Below, piece after piece: positions 40,361 to 49,912 of a stretch of 64,000 nt of DNA. Origin of the DNA: an uncultured Poribacteria bacterium (GTDB lineage: Bacteria > Poribacteria > WGA-4E > WGA-3G); the NCBI GenBank assembly GCA_951813565.1, contig OX638351.1:4960001-5024000 (forward strand). Reading direction: 5' to 3'. The notes beneath the pieces were generated by a model that worked only from the letters and a program-made list of their open reading frames with translations, was not told the DNA's origin and did no database searches. Within the stretch, counting starts at the first letter, position 1, and the number at the start of each line of letters is the position of its first letter. Both the position numbers and the translations under genes were made by a program.

Positions 40361-40617
40361 ATTAATGTCGTTTCCGATTTGTTAGACATAAAACGGGTTT
40401 AGATACTGTCTGTATGTTAAATTATATCAGATATTGGTTAAGGTATCAAGGAAAGAAAGTAGGTAGGGTGTGTAAATATTTGGTTACATAGGTTCAATTT
40501 GCAATGATTACGCGGCGTTTTCCACTGTAGAGCGGGGTCCCGGGGAATGCCATAAGGCATTCATACCCGGTGAATAACTAAATGTTATTCATACCGTTGA
40601 TTTCTTGATTTGGTGCC

Positions 40618-41015
40618 CCATAGCCGTCAATTTAAGGATATACCCTCTTGTGGGAGCGAATCAACGCAGCATGCGCGTATGGCATGCTGCCAAATCAACG
40701 CCAAATGCGACGAGTGCCATACGCGCGCTCGGCGTTGATTCTGCTTTTGGCATTTGTCCAAATCAACGCAGCATGCGCGTGTGGCATGCTGCCAAATCAA
40801 CGCCAAATGCGCTTTTTGGCATTTGGCGGGTTTTCAACCCCGATAAATACATATAAATCGGGCTTATAAAGCCCTCCCACAAGAGGTAATACCAAATTAC
40901 CCAAAATCGTAGGGGCGGGTCTCTGTGCCCGCCCGTGTTCTCAGCAGTGAAAACAATACAAAACTCGTTAATTTGGTATAATCTGGTAATTGTGTGCTTA
41001 AATTGACGCCTATGG
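40618..41015. mobile_element. Composite MITE (CCATAG..GTCAATTTAAG ends) with tandem palindromes and a nested second MITE
   Basis: Ends CCATAGCCGTCAATTTAAG and reverse complement CCATAGGCGTCAATTTAAG. Interior has two copies of AATCAACGCAGCATGCGCGT(A/G)TGGCATGCTGCCAAATCAACGCCAAATGCG and a nested ATACCAAATTA...TAATTTGGTAT unit at 40889-40979. Confidence 0.7.
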
Positions 41016-41172
41016 GCGGGGTCCCGGGGAATGCCTTTTGGCATTCCCCGGAGACCCGCCCCTACAATAGGAGTTGTGCGGATTTCTACAAAAACTTTAC
41101 ACACCCAAGTAGGTATGCCACCACTTGTTTCATTACAAACGAACTTTGAGAAGGTTTAAAAAAAATAGACTT

Positions 41173-41214
41173 AAAAAATAAAAACGGCGAACGAGAATAT
41201 TACTCCATTCGCCG
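41173..41214 (-). terminator. Intrinsic terminator
   Basis: Minus-strand hairpin CGGCGAATGGAG...CTCGTTCGCCG followed by TTTTTATTTTTT, downstream of the 41267-42097 gene. Confidence 0.7.
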
Positions 41215-41266
41215 CTCAGGTGTTTCAAAGGCTGTGCATTACAGTTGTTGTATTAATTGCGAACAA

Positions 41267-42097
41267 CTATTTACGTTTTATATCTGCCCAGATAGTAGTT
41301 AACTTTGCTGCAGGCTCAACAGGTAGAACGCGGTCAACTTCTTTGAAGAATTCGGCTTTACTGTTGGCTTTATCTGGGTAGATTTTAACAGTATCGTGTG
41401 TAGCATCGTCAAAATGGAGGTTCATATACGCACTACCGCCACCTTCTGTCACTCTATAAAGAAGAACATTTGCTCCTTTTTTAAAGGACACCTCAACGTT
41501 AAAATGAACCTTTTGTGCACCACCTGTCCAGGTAGGATGGTTGTACCATTTCTCACCGTTAATCCATATCTGTGCATAGTTATCGTGCGCGGGAGACATG
41601 ACAGATTTCATTGCTTTAGGCGCGTCAATTACGATGATACCGTAGGTGTCAATACTGTCTGCGGGTCCCCCTCTGTTCATATTGTTTCCATCTGCAGGAT
41701 TCAATTCAAAAACAGTCCATTCTCGGGTGCCGCCGTGTGCATTATCCCAATTAATTTCTGTTATTTTGTTTTCTGTCTTCAGCAAACCATTAATTGTAGA
41801 GAGTTCCTCTTGCGTTAGTTTGCCGTCGGTTCCCATCTCAATTAGTTCATTGCTATGATTCGGTTCGTTACCGTTGTTTGTATAGTTGCCATCTGGCCCA
41901 TACCATTTGCGTATCCACGTGTTATATCCTGAATGGTCTTCGTCTACTGCATTAGGCTGAGTAGCAAAGAGTTCATTATCTTTCAAAGGACCATCCTTGA
42001 GGTTAGGTTCGCCTATTGCAAGAGCGAGATTTGCCATATTGCAGACAAAACCTAAACTTAGCGTGATTGTTAGGAAAAAAAGGTAAAATCTTTTCAT
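41267..42097 (-). CDS. Secreted hypothetical protein with a conserved C-terminal motif
   Basis: Signal peptide, beta-sandwich-like core (DNYAQIWING, VSFKKGANVLLYRV) and C-terminal VEPAAKLTTIWADIKRK. Confidence 0.75.
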   Translation of the reverse strand: MKRFYLFFLTITLSLGFVCNMANLALAIGEPNLKDGPLKDNELFATQPNAVDEDHSGYNTWIRKWYGPDGNYTNNGNEPNHSNELIEMGTDGKLTQEELSTINGLLKTENKITEINWDNAHGGTREWTVFELNPADGNNMNRGGPADSIDTYGIIVIDAPKAMKSVMSPAHDNYAQIWINGEKWYNHPTWTGGAQKVHFNVEVSFKKGANVLLYRVTEGGGSAYMNLHFDDATHDTVKIYPDKANSKAEFFKEVDRVLPVEPAAKLTTIWADIKRK

Positions 42098-42212
42098 TTA
42101 TTGTCTCCTTTAAACATAGATTTTTATGATTATCTGTTGATAGAGTCAACAGGATGCCATTTTTAGAATATCAGTAAACGGTATTACTTATTTTGCATTT
42201 CAAGTATTCTGT

Positions 42213-44030
42213 TTAAGTTGGATACGTATCTAATGCATTATGCCACTTTGTAAGCTGCGCGACGCGCTGTGTAGAATCTGTTGGAATTTCAAGAGGTCTT
42301 CCACGCGTGTCAATAACGAGTCCTACCACCCCACCCATCGCTTCTGTTTCGACTGACGTTCCATGCCCCGCCCCAAGGTCAAATCGTCGAGATGGTTGAA
42401 GTTTCAACGATGCTTTCTCATCTAATCCGAGCGGATAGAGTCGTAATTCGCCAAACGGTATTTCATCTGCGACGGTCGGTTTGTCTGGATAATGGATTTC
42501 AATGGAGAGGCACGCATCACCTGCTTTTCCAACACCAACAGGCGCAATACAAGTCCCCAAGTGAATTAGACAATCCCGTTCAAAAACTTGGGTTGCTGCC
42601 TCGGCGTTAACTTGTGCCAAGACTCCGAGTTGGGGCATCATAAAGATACTATCTACTGCAAGATGTGTCAGTCCTTCGGGTTGAAATGCATCAATCATCA
42701 TCAGCATTGATTGCTGGCGGCGCGGTGCGTGCGATAGAACACCCCCGCTGCCGACTAACATATCTAAAGAGAGCATGTTGACAAGCGTTTGCCCGCTTTC
42801 TGCTTGGTCGAATGCCTCGGAGATTGTACGTTGTTGTTGCACCCCTCGCAATTCTACCGCTAATTGCTTGTGCTGTTCAAAAGCCAATCTGAGCGCTTCA
42901 CGCGCAATTGCTTGTTCCAGAACTAATTCTTGTAAGGTTTGCGGGATTGTCGTTGGACGAATCATCTTGTTTTTGACACGATTCCGAAGATCACCTACCT
43001 CAATATCAAAAGGCACCCATCGTAAGACGTTGTTTATACCGGCTTCGGCAAGCACGTTAGAAACGCTATAACTCATGCCGAGGTTAGCACTGACGGTTCG
43101 GTTGAAAACCGCTTCTGCATCGTGGTTTTTAAAGACAGAAAATACATCTGTCGTCGCGCCGCCAATGTCAACACCGATTACCTGAATATCCTGTTGCGAT
43201 GAAACCGTTTGGATAATTTCACCGACTGCACCTGGCGTTGGCATGATTGGGGCATCTGTCCAGTCTATGAGTTTTTTATATCCAGGGGCATGTGCCATCA
43301 CGTGTTCAAGAAATTGGTCCTGAATCTTGTGACGTGTTGGCATTAAGTTTTCACGTTCTAAGACGGGACGGAGATTGTCTACTATCTCCAGAGACATCAC
43401 ATCGTCCAAACATTCTCGAATCAGTTCACGAGCGTCTTTGTTACCAGCATAAATAAGTGGCAGTTCATAAGCAATACCGAGACGTGGTTGTGGACGCGCT
43501 GCTGCGATAATCTCTGCCAATTCAACTACGTGTGAGGTCGTACCACCATCAACACCGCCAGAGAGAAGGAACATATCGGGACGAAGATGTCTAATCCGCT
43601 CTATTTTTTCATGTGGTAGCCGTTTGTCATTAGATGCAATGACATCCATGACAATAGCCCCAGCACCAAGTGCTGCACGTTCAGCGCTTTCCCCAGTCAT
43701 ATTACGTACAACACCTGCTACCATCATTTGCAATCCACCACCTGCACTACTTGTTGAAATATAGATGTCAACACCCTCTTCTCCGTTTTGTGGTTTGATG
43801 ATTACACCGTTGTCAAGGAGTTTGCGTCCAGCAAGTTCCTCAACTTCTGTTACTGCATTGATTACGCCTGCTGTTACGTCTTCTACGGGTGCTTCAACAG
43901 TTGTCGGTGCTTCGCCGCGTACGATGAGCTGATACTCGTCACCGCGTTTTTCAATAAGGATTGCTTTGGTGGTTGTGCTGCCACAATCTGTAGCAAGAAT
44001 GGAGCGGAGTTCGCCCCCCGATTCATTCAT
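42213..44030 (-). CDS. Glutamate mutase L (GlmL/MutL) family ASKHA ATPase-like protein
   Basis: ATDCGSTTTK, SSAGGGL, SGGVDGG, MPTPGAV, VDIGGATTDVFS and RTVSANLGMSYS motifs. Confidence 0.8.
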   Translation of the reverse strand: MNESGGELRSILATDCGSTTTKAILIEKRGDEYQLIVRGEAPTTVEAPVEDVTAGVINAVTEVEELAGRKLLDNGVIIKPQNGEEGVDIYISTSSAGGGLQMMVAGVVRNMTGESAERAALGAGAIVMDVIASNDKRLPHEKIERIRHLRPDMFLLSGGVDGGTTSHVVELAEIIAAARPQPRLGIAYELPLIYAGNKDARELIRECLDDVMSLEIVDNLRPVLERENLMPTRHKIQDQFLEHVMAHAPGYKKLIDWTDAPIMPTPGAVGEIIQTVSSQQDIQVIGVDIGGATTDVFSVFKNHDAEAVFNRTVSANLGMSYSVSNVLAEAGINNVLRWVPFDIEVGDLRNRVKNKMIRPTTIPQTLQELVLEQAIAREALRLAFEQHKQLAVELRGVQQQRTISEAFDQAESGQTLVNMLSLDMLVGSGGVLSHAPRRQQSMLMMIDAFQPEGLTHLAVDSIFMMPQLGVLAQVNAEAATQVFERDCLIHLGTCIAPVGVGKAGDACLSIEIHYPDKPTVADEIPFGELRLYPLGLDEKASLKLQPSRRFDLGAGHGTSVETEAMGGVVGLVIDTRGRPLEIPTDSTQRVAQLTKWHNALDTYPT

Positions 44031-44229
44031 ATAGTTCGTCTCCTATTCCATTTTACTGACAAAATTAATTGCGTTCTTTTCTCAATCTTCTAAAGTTTGA
44101 ATGTCCCGGAAAGGCGTTTGTCTAAATCTTCAACTGTTAATGCCGCGAACGCAGATACGTTATAACATAAAAGCCTACGATCATAAAAACCAAACTTAAC
44201 CTTTTCATAACGTTCTCTTCATATTGACT

Positions 44230-45021
44230 TCAATATCCCAATTGTCGTAAATATTCACGGTTAACGGTCACCCGTTCTTCATCCGTGCGGTCTTCAACCA
44301 TACCTGGACAAGCGGTAATCCATCGGTCATAGTCGAGTTCTTCCAAAGTGGACATAATTCTGGGAAAGTCCATCGCGTCTCCACTGCCGACATCAACCCA
44401 ATCCACATTATAATTGCTACCATCTCCACCAGTGTAGCTTGAATAATCTTGAAGATGGACGTAGATAAGGACATCACGATAACGACGGATAGATTCAATC
44501 GGATCAAATCCCCAGAGTGCGGAATGTGATACATCAATGCACAGTTTACACTTGCGGAGTAGACTCATATATTTTGCCCAATCTTCTATGGAATCTACCG
44601 TTGTATTGGTATGGATATGATAACAGATATCTAATCCGTATCGTGCTGCGTATTCTGCCCATTCTTCGGAAACATCAGCAAGCTTGGTGAGATCAGCGTT
44701 GTTTACTGGTCGGTCATCTGGTTTTCCTGCGCCCATGAACATGAAACAATCCGCTCCAACCTCTGCTGCGAAGTCAATTCTTCGCTTATTAAGTTCCATC
44801 TGTTCAAAATTTTTGTCAATCGGCAACCCACGTGCTGTGACTGCAGCGATAGGCATGTCAACATTTTCACACATCCGCCGAATACGTCGCGGTGTGCCTG
44901 CCCAGTCTAAAGATTGCCGCATCTCCCAACCATCCCAACCGGCATCTTTAAGTTGCGTCAACAGTTTCTCAAAATCTGGTTGTTGCCATCGTAACGTACT
45001 ATATCCAAATTTGAAACCCAT
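44230..45021 (-). CDS. Sugar phosphate isomerase/epimerase (AP endonuclease 2 TIM barrel)
   Basis: GWDGWE, CYHIH, LCIDVSH, YVHLQD and VGSGDAMDF motifs. Confidence 0.8.
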   Translation of the reverse strand: MGFKFGYSTLRWQQPDFEKLLTQLKDAGWDGWEMRQSLDWAGTPRRIRRMCENVDMPIAAVTARGLPIDKNFEQMELNKRRIDFAAEVGADCFMFMGAGKPDDRPVNNADLTKLADVSEEWAEYAARYGLDICYHIHTNTTVDSIEDWAKYMSLLRKCKLCIDVSHSALWGFDPIESIRRYRDVLIYVHLQDYSSYTGGDGSNYNVDWVDVGSGDAMDFPRIMSTLEELDYDRWITACPGMVEDRTDEERVTVNREYLRQLGY

Positions 45022-45220
45022 ATTTTTCTCCTCTTCGGTGTTCTACTTTATCAGAAGCATTCAAGTATAATTATAGCAGATTTTCATATTGCTTGCAATA
45101 AATGTTCGTTTTTGCTAAACTATTAAAAACTTCACGGATTTTCCGTTACGACCTATTTAAACGTGAGTTCGAATAATAAAATTCAAATGTAGATGTAGGT
45201 TGGGTAGAGCGCAGCGAAAC

Positions 45221-45398
45221 CTATACGTGTCAATTTTAGGATATATCTTCTTGTGGGAGTGAATCAACGCAGCATGCGCGTGTGGCATGCTGCGGGTTTT
45301 TAACCCCGATTGGACAGTTTGAGATTCACAAATCGCGCGGACAAAGCGCTCCCACAAGAGAATATCCAGCAAATTTTTTCTTAAGTTGACACCTATGG
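45221..45398. mobile_element. MITE inserted in a REP palindrome with a 17-20 bp flanking direct repeat
   Basis: Ends CTATACGTGTCAATTTTAG and reverse complement CCATAGGTGTCAACTTAAG. GTAGAGCGCAGCGAAAC flanks both sides (45204-45220 and 45399-45415). Confidence 0.75.
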
Positions 45399-45511
45399 GT
45401 AGAGCGCAGCGAAACCCAACAATTCAACTGTTAGAGTATAAAAAGTTGGGTTTCACGTTGTTCTACCCAACCTACGGTATTTTTTGGCTCACGTTATTTG
45501 AAGGAGAAAGT

Positions 45512-46477
45512 ATGGACAAAGTTAAACTCGGTTTTATCGGTACAGGTGGCATGGCAGGCGCACACATGCGCAACCTAAAAGATAATTTTGAAGATGTTGA
45601 ATTCTGTGCCATGTGTGATATTTCTGAAGATCGTGCGAAAGGGCGCGCCGAAGAGTTTGGCGGCAATGCTTACACCGATTTTCGTGTGATGTACGATAAA
45701 GAGGATTTGGACGCCGTGTACATTTGTACGCCCCCGTTTGCGCACGGTGAACAAGAACGGATCGCTTGCGAAAAAGGCGTCGCGATGTTTATTGAGAAAC
45801 CGATCCATTCCGAACTTGAGCCAGCAATTATCATCAATGATTACATTAAAGAAACTGGCACTATCACAAGTGTCGGTTACCATTGGCGTTACGGTGGCAA
45901 TGCACAAAATGCAAAGAAGATGCTTGAAGAGCAACCGCAAATCCTCGGTGCGCTCGGCTATTGGATGGGTGGCATGCCCGGAACACCATGGTGGCGCGTG
46001 CGTGCGCAATCTGGTGGACAGCACGTTGAACAGACGACTCACATTTTCGATCTTTGCCGTTTTCTCGTTGGCAGTGACGGTAAAACCGTACACGGTGTCG
46101 CGAATAGTGGGAGTATGACGCATATTGAAAACTATGATGTTGACGACATCAGCATGGTAAACATTGAGTTTGAGAACGGCGCTGTTGCGAATATCGTTTC
46201 TGCTTGTGCGTTAGAAGGTTTTGGTCGTGTGCATCTTGAGGTGTTCACTCGTGGACTCGTTGTTACCGTCGGTGGACCGAACAATGTGAACCGTAAAGGT
46301 GAAACGCAGCCGCTTATTGGTGAAGGTGGACAAGACAGAGATCGCGTCTTTATTGATGCTGTTAAGAGTGGAGACGACTCAAAAATTCTATCTCCCTATA
46401 GCGACGCGTTGCAGACACTCCGTATAATGCTTGCCGCCAGCACATCGTTTGAAACTGGCAAAGCTATTGACCTTTAA
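45512..46477 (+). CDS. Gfo/Idh/MocA family oxidoreductase
   Basis: GFIGTGGMA, ICTPPFAH, FIEKP, VGYHWRY and EQTTHIFDL motifs. RBS AAGGAG precedes the ATG at 45512. Confidence 0.9.
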   Translation: MDKVKLGFIGTGGMAGAHMRNLKDNFEDVEFCAMCDISEDRAKGRAEEFGGNAYTDFRVMYDKEDLDAVYICTPPFAHGEQERIACEKGVAMFIEKPIHSELEPAIIINDYIKETGTITSVGYHWRYGGNAQNAKKMLEEQPQILGALGYWMGGMPGTPWWRVRAQSGGQHVEQTTHIFDLCRFLVGSDGKTVHGVANSGSMTHIENYDVDDISMVNIEFENGAVANIVSACALEGFGRVHLEVFTRGLVVTVGGPNNVNRKGETQPLIGEGGQDRDRVFIDAVKSGDDSKILSPYSDALQTLRIMLAASTSFETGKAIDL

Positions 46478-46543
46478 AACATAGTAGGCACGCATTGCGT
46501 GCCTAATCACATAAAAAATTTATACGAAAAGAGAGAAAGAATT

Positions 46544-47299
46544 ATGCCAATTAATCAATCCATCTGTTTTGGTGGTTTCCGGCGCGACAGGGAGCCGGAA
46601 GATGTAATTAAAAAAGCAGCTGAAATCGGCTACAAATCGGTTGAGATGCTGCCTGCCGATCTCTGGTCCGTTGTTCAAGATCACGGAATGCGGGTTGCAA
46701 TCATCGTTGGGCATTCGTCCCTTCCGTCTGGCTTGAACGATCCGAGCAATCATGACCGGATTGAGGATGAACTGCTCAAAAATATTGACATTGCAGCAGA
46801 TAACGACATTCCCGGTCTTATCTGTTTTTCTGGTAACCGAGAAGGCAGGTCTGACGAGGAAGGTCGTGATAACACAATAGCCGGTTTGTCGCGTGTAACG
46901 AAAGCTGCTGAGGAGAAGGGCGTTAACTTGTGCGTTGAACTGCTCAATAGCAAAGTGAACCATCCCGATTATCAATGTGATAAGACAGAGTGGGGTGTTG
47001 AAGTGTGTAAAGGTGTCGGTTCACCGCGGGCACAGCTACTCCACGACATCTATCACATGCAGATTATGGAAGGTGATCTTATCCGCAACATTACGGATTA
47101 TATTGAATATATCGGGCATTTCCACACAGCTGGCAATCCTGGGCGTCGCGACCTTGATGACGAACAGGAAATCTATTATCCTGCTGTGATGCGTGCTATT
47201 GCTAACACAGACTATGACCTATATGTAGGGCACGAGTTTAGTCCGAAAGGTGATGCGTTTGATGCGATGCAGCACGCTTATGATGTGTGTAATGTTTAG
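46544..47299 (+). CDS. Hydroxypyruvate isomerase family TIM-barrel protein
   Basis: ICFSGNR, VELLNSKVNHPDY, DIYHMQIMEGD and HFHTAGNPGR motifs. Confidence 0.88.
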   Translation: MPINQSICFGGFRRDREPEDVIKKAAEIGYKSVEMLPADLWSVVQDHGMRVAIIVGHSSLPSGLNDPSNHDRIEDELLKNIDIAADNDIPGLICFSGNREGRSDEEGRDNTIAGLSRVTKAAEEKGVNLCVELLNSKVNHPDYQCDKTEWGVEVCKGVGSPRAQLLHDIYHMQIMEGDLIRNITDYIEYIGHFHTAGNPGRRDLDDEQEIYYPAVMRAIANTDYDLYVGHEFSPKGDAFDAMQHAYDVCNV

Positions 47300-47355
47300 G
47301 CTATTTAGAGATTGTGGGCGGGTTTCAATGTCCGTCCACGCTAATTATATCTAAA

Positions 47356-49773
47356 ATGACAACCGAAGCCGAAGCACGTCAAATCATAGATAGCATGCTG
47401 GAAGAGTCTGGATGGCAGATTCAAAATTATGCTGAACGTGCAACAGATGCTTCTCTTGGTGTTGCTGTCCGTGAATATCCGTTAAGGTTTAATCAGAGAG
47501 CAGATTACCTTCTCTTTATCGGTGGCGTGGCAGTTGGCGTTATAGAAGCCAAATCAGAAGGAACAACACTTAGTGGAGCCCTCCAACAAGCAGAACGGTA
47601 TCGAGCAAATTTGCCAAATGATTTGCCCAACCGCACCAGATTTTTCTATTCTTATGCGTCAACAGGGATTGAGACATACTTTCGTGATTTTCGAGACCCG
47701 GATTCACGTTCTCGACAAGTCTTTATATTTCATACACCTCAAGCACTTTTTAATGCTTTCAATCAACCTCAAACGTTGCGAGAGAGACTCAAAACAGGGA
47801 TGCTGCCATTAAAAAAAGACAACTTGAGAGTTTGTCAATTTGAGGCGATAAGGCAGCTTGAGAGATCTTTGGCAGAAGCACGTCAGCGTGCTTTAATTCA
47901 GATGGCAACAGGCAGCGGAAAAACTTATGTCGCTGTCAGCAGTGTATACCGACTCATCAAATTTGCTAACGTCAAACGGGTTATTTTTCTGGTAGACCGT
48001 AACAATCTCGGTAGACAAGCTCTGCGTGAGTTTCAAAATTACACGACTCCCGATGATGGCAGGAAATTTACTGAACTCTACAACGTTCAACACCTTTCCA
48101 GCAATGTTATTGACGAAACAAGCTCGGTTTGTATTACCACTATCCAACGTCTTTACGCAATGTTGACAGGTGAACCCGACTATGAATCGGACGATGAGGA
48201 AAGTTCCGATTTTGAACAGGAAACTGAAGATTCACCTCCACAAGAAGTTGTCTATAATCCGAACATTCCTATTGATACGTTTGACCTTATCATCGTTGAT
48301 GAATGTCACCGCTCTATCTACGGTAAGTGGCGGCACGTATTAGAATACTTTGACGCTTTCATTCTCGGTCTCACTGCTACGCCATATAACCAAACGCTCA
48401 ATTTTTTCAATCAGAATCTTGTTTATGAATACCGTCACGAACAGGCTATTCAAGACGATGTAAATGTCGGTTATTATGTCTATCGGATTAAGACTGAAAT
48501 TACAGAAAGTGGTAGCACAGTTGCGGAGGGGAGTTATGTTGCAAGACGGGATAGGGTTAGTCGAAGACTTACCTGGGAGGAGTTGGATGAAGATGAAGAA
48601 TACACAGGAAATCAGTTAGACCGGGAGGTTGTGGCAGAAGACCAGATTCGGACAGTTATTCAGACTTTCAAGGATAAACTCAGGACAGAACTCTTTCCGA
48701 GTAGGACGATTGTTCCCAAAACACTTATCTTTGCAAAAGACGACTCGCATGCCGAGGATATTGTCAAAATTGTTCGGGAGGTATTTGCCAAAGGCGATGA
48801 TTTCTGCCAAAAGATTACCTACCAGAGCGATAGACCGGAAGACCTTATCAGAAGATTCCGCACAGACCCGATTTTCCGAATCGCTGTGAGCGTTGATATG
48901 ATTTCTACTGGCACCGATATTAAACCGCTTGAGTGTTTAGTCTTTATGCGTTCTGTCCGTTCAAGCGGGTATTTTGAGCAGATGAAGGGGCGCGGTATGC
49001 GTACTATTAAACCTGAAGATTTGCGATCTGTCACAGGTGATGCGACTGCAAAAACGCACTTCATTATTGTTGATGCTGTCGGTGTGTGTGAATCCATCAA
49101 AACTGATTCCCAGTCACGTCCAGGTGAGCCATCTTCTAATGGATCAAACGGACCACCAGAAAGAAACCCCGACCAACTCATGGATGATGTAAGCATAGAC
49201 CGTGTTATTGAAACCGGGTTTGAGCCTGAAAGTTTTGCACAAGCATCTACAGTGATCCACGACTTCAAGCGGTTTATTAATGAACACATAGCTGAATTGC
49301 CAGCGTTACAAATTTTGTGTGAACGTCCAGAAGCACAAGGCACACTGACTGAAAACAACTTAAAAGAGCTGGAAGAAGCATTGCAACAGCATTCCAGCAG
49401 TCTCAGTCGTGAGTCATTATGGATGGCTTATAAAAGACGGTCACCAGAGAACGTTCATGGAACCACAAAACGACGGACAGACCTTATATCACTGGTGCGT
49501 TTTGCCATGGGGTATACTCGTATTTTAGAACCGTTTAGTGCAATCGTCACCCGACATTTTGGAGAATGGTTAGAGGGTAAAGATTTCACACCAGAACAAG
49601 TCAACTGGCTTGAATGGATTCAGGAATACATTGCCACATCACTCGGTTTTCGAATAACTGATTTTGAGTACACACCTTTTGCACAGCGTGGCGGTGTAGC
49701 AAGAGCCATGCAACTCTTTGGTGATGAGTTGGAGGATATGCTAAAAGATCTTACAGAGAAATTGGTTTCTTAA
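47356..49773 (+). CDS. hsdR: Type I restriction-modification restriction subunit (EcoEI/EcoAI-like)
   Basis: Nuclease motif ADYLL...VIEAK, helicase motifs MATGSGKT, FLVDR, DECH, GLTATP and QMKGRG, and a C-terminal region FT.EQ..WL..I..YI. Confidence 0.92.
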   Translation: MTTEAEARQIIDSMLEESGWQIQNYAERATDASLGVAVREYPLRFNQRADYLLFIGGVAVGVIEAKSEGTTLSGALQQAERYRANLPNDLPNRTRFFYSYASTGIETYFRDFRDPDSRSRQVFIFHTPQALFNAFNQPQTLRERLKTGMLPLKKDNLRVCQFEAIRQLERSLAEARQRALIQMATGSGKTYVAVSSVYRLIKFANVKRVIFLVDRNNLGRQALREFQNYTTPDDGRKFTELYNVQHLSSNVIDETSSVCITTIQRLYAMLTGEPDYESDDEESSDFEQETEDSPPQEVVYNPNIPIDTFDLIIVDECHRSIYGKWRHVLEYFDAFILGLTATPYNQTLNFFNQNLVYEYRHEQAIQDDVNVGYYVYRIKTEITESGSTVAEGSYVARRDRVSRRLTWEELDEDEEYTGNQLDREVVAEDQIRTVIQTFKDKLRTELFPSRTIVPKTLIFAKDDSHAEDIVKIVREVFAKGDDFCQKITYQSDRPEDLIRRFRTDPIFRIAVSVDMISTGTDIKPLECLVFMRSVRSSGYFEQMKGRGMRTIKPEDLRSVTGDATAKTHFIIVDAVGVCESIKTDSQSRPGEPSSNGSNGPPERNPDQLMDDVSIDRVIETGFEPESFAQASTVIHDFKRFINEHIAELPALQILCERPEAQGTLTENNLKELEEALQQHSSSLSRESLWMAYKRRSPENVHGTTKRRTDLISLVRFAMGYTRILEPFSAIVTRHFGEWLEGKDFTPEQVNWLEWIQEYIATSLGFRITDFEYTPFAQRGGVARAMQLFGDELEDMLKDLTEKLVS

Positions 49774-49912
49774 TTCTGCTTTTTAATAGGCACCTCTGGG
49801 CGCGATTGCTTGTCTAAAACGCTTGAATTCGCATACAGTTTGTGCTAAAATAAAAACTGTGCGGTGTCTGTTTTATCACAATTTTGAAAACACGTCAGAG
49901 AGGTATCTGAAA

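Noticed and set aside
40650..40830. Possible CRISPR array from the repeated AATCAACGCAGCATGCGCGT...GCCAAATCAACGCC units
   Set aside because: There are only two units, they are long and palindromic, the intervening DNA is itself repeat-derived, no cas genes are present, and the same units are scattered in other intergenic regions.
49823..49912. N-terminal 30-aa extension of the Argonaute fusion given in the ORF track
   Set aside because: It uses a TTG start with no RBS, whereas the ATG at 49913 has GAGAGG upstream.
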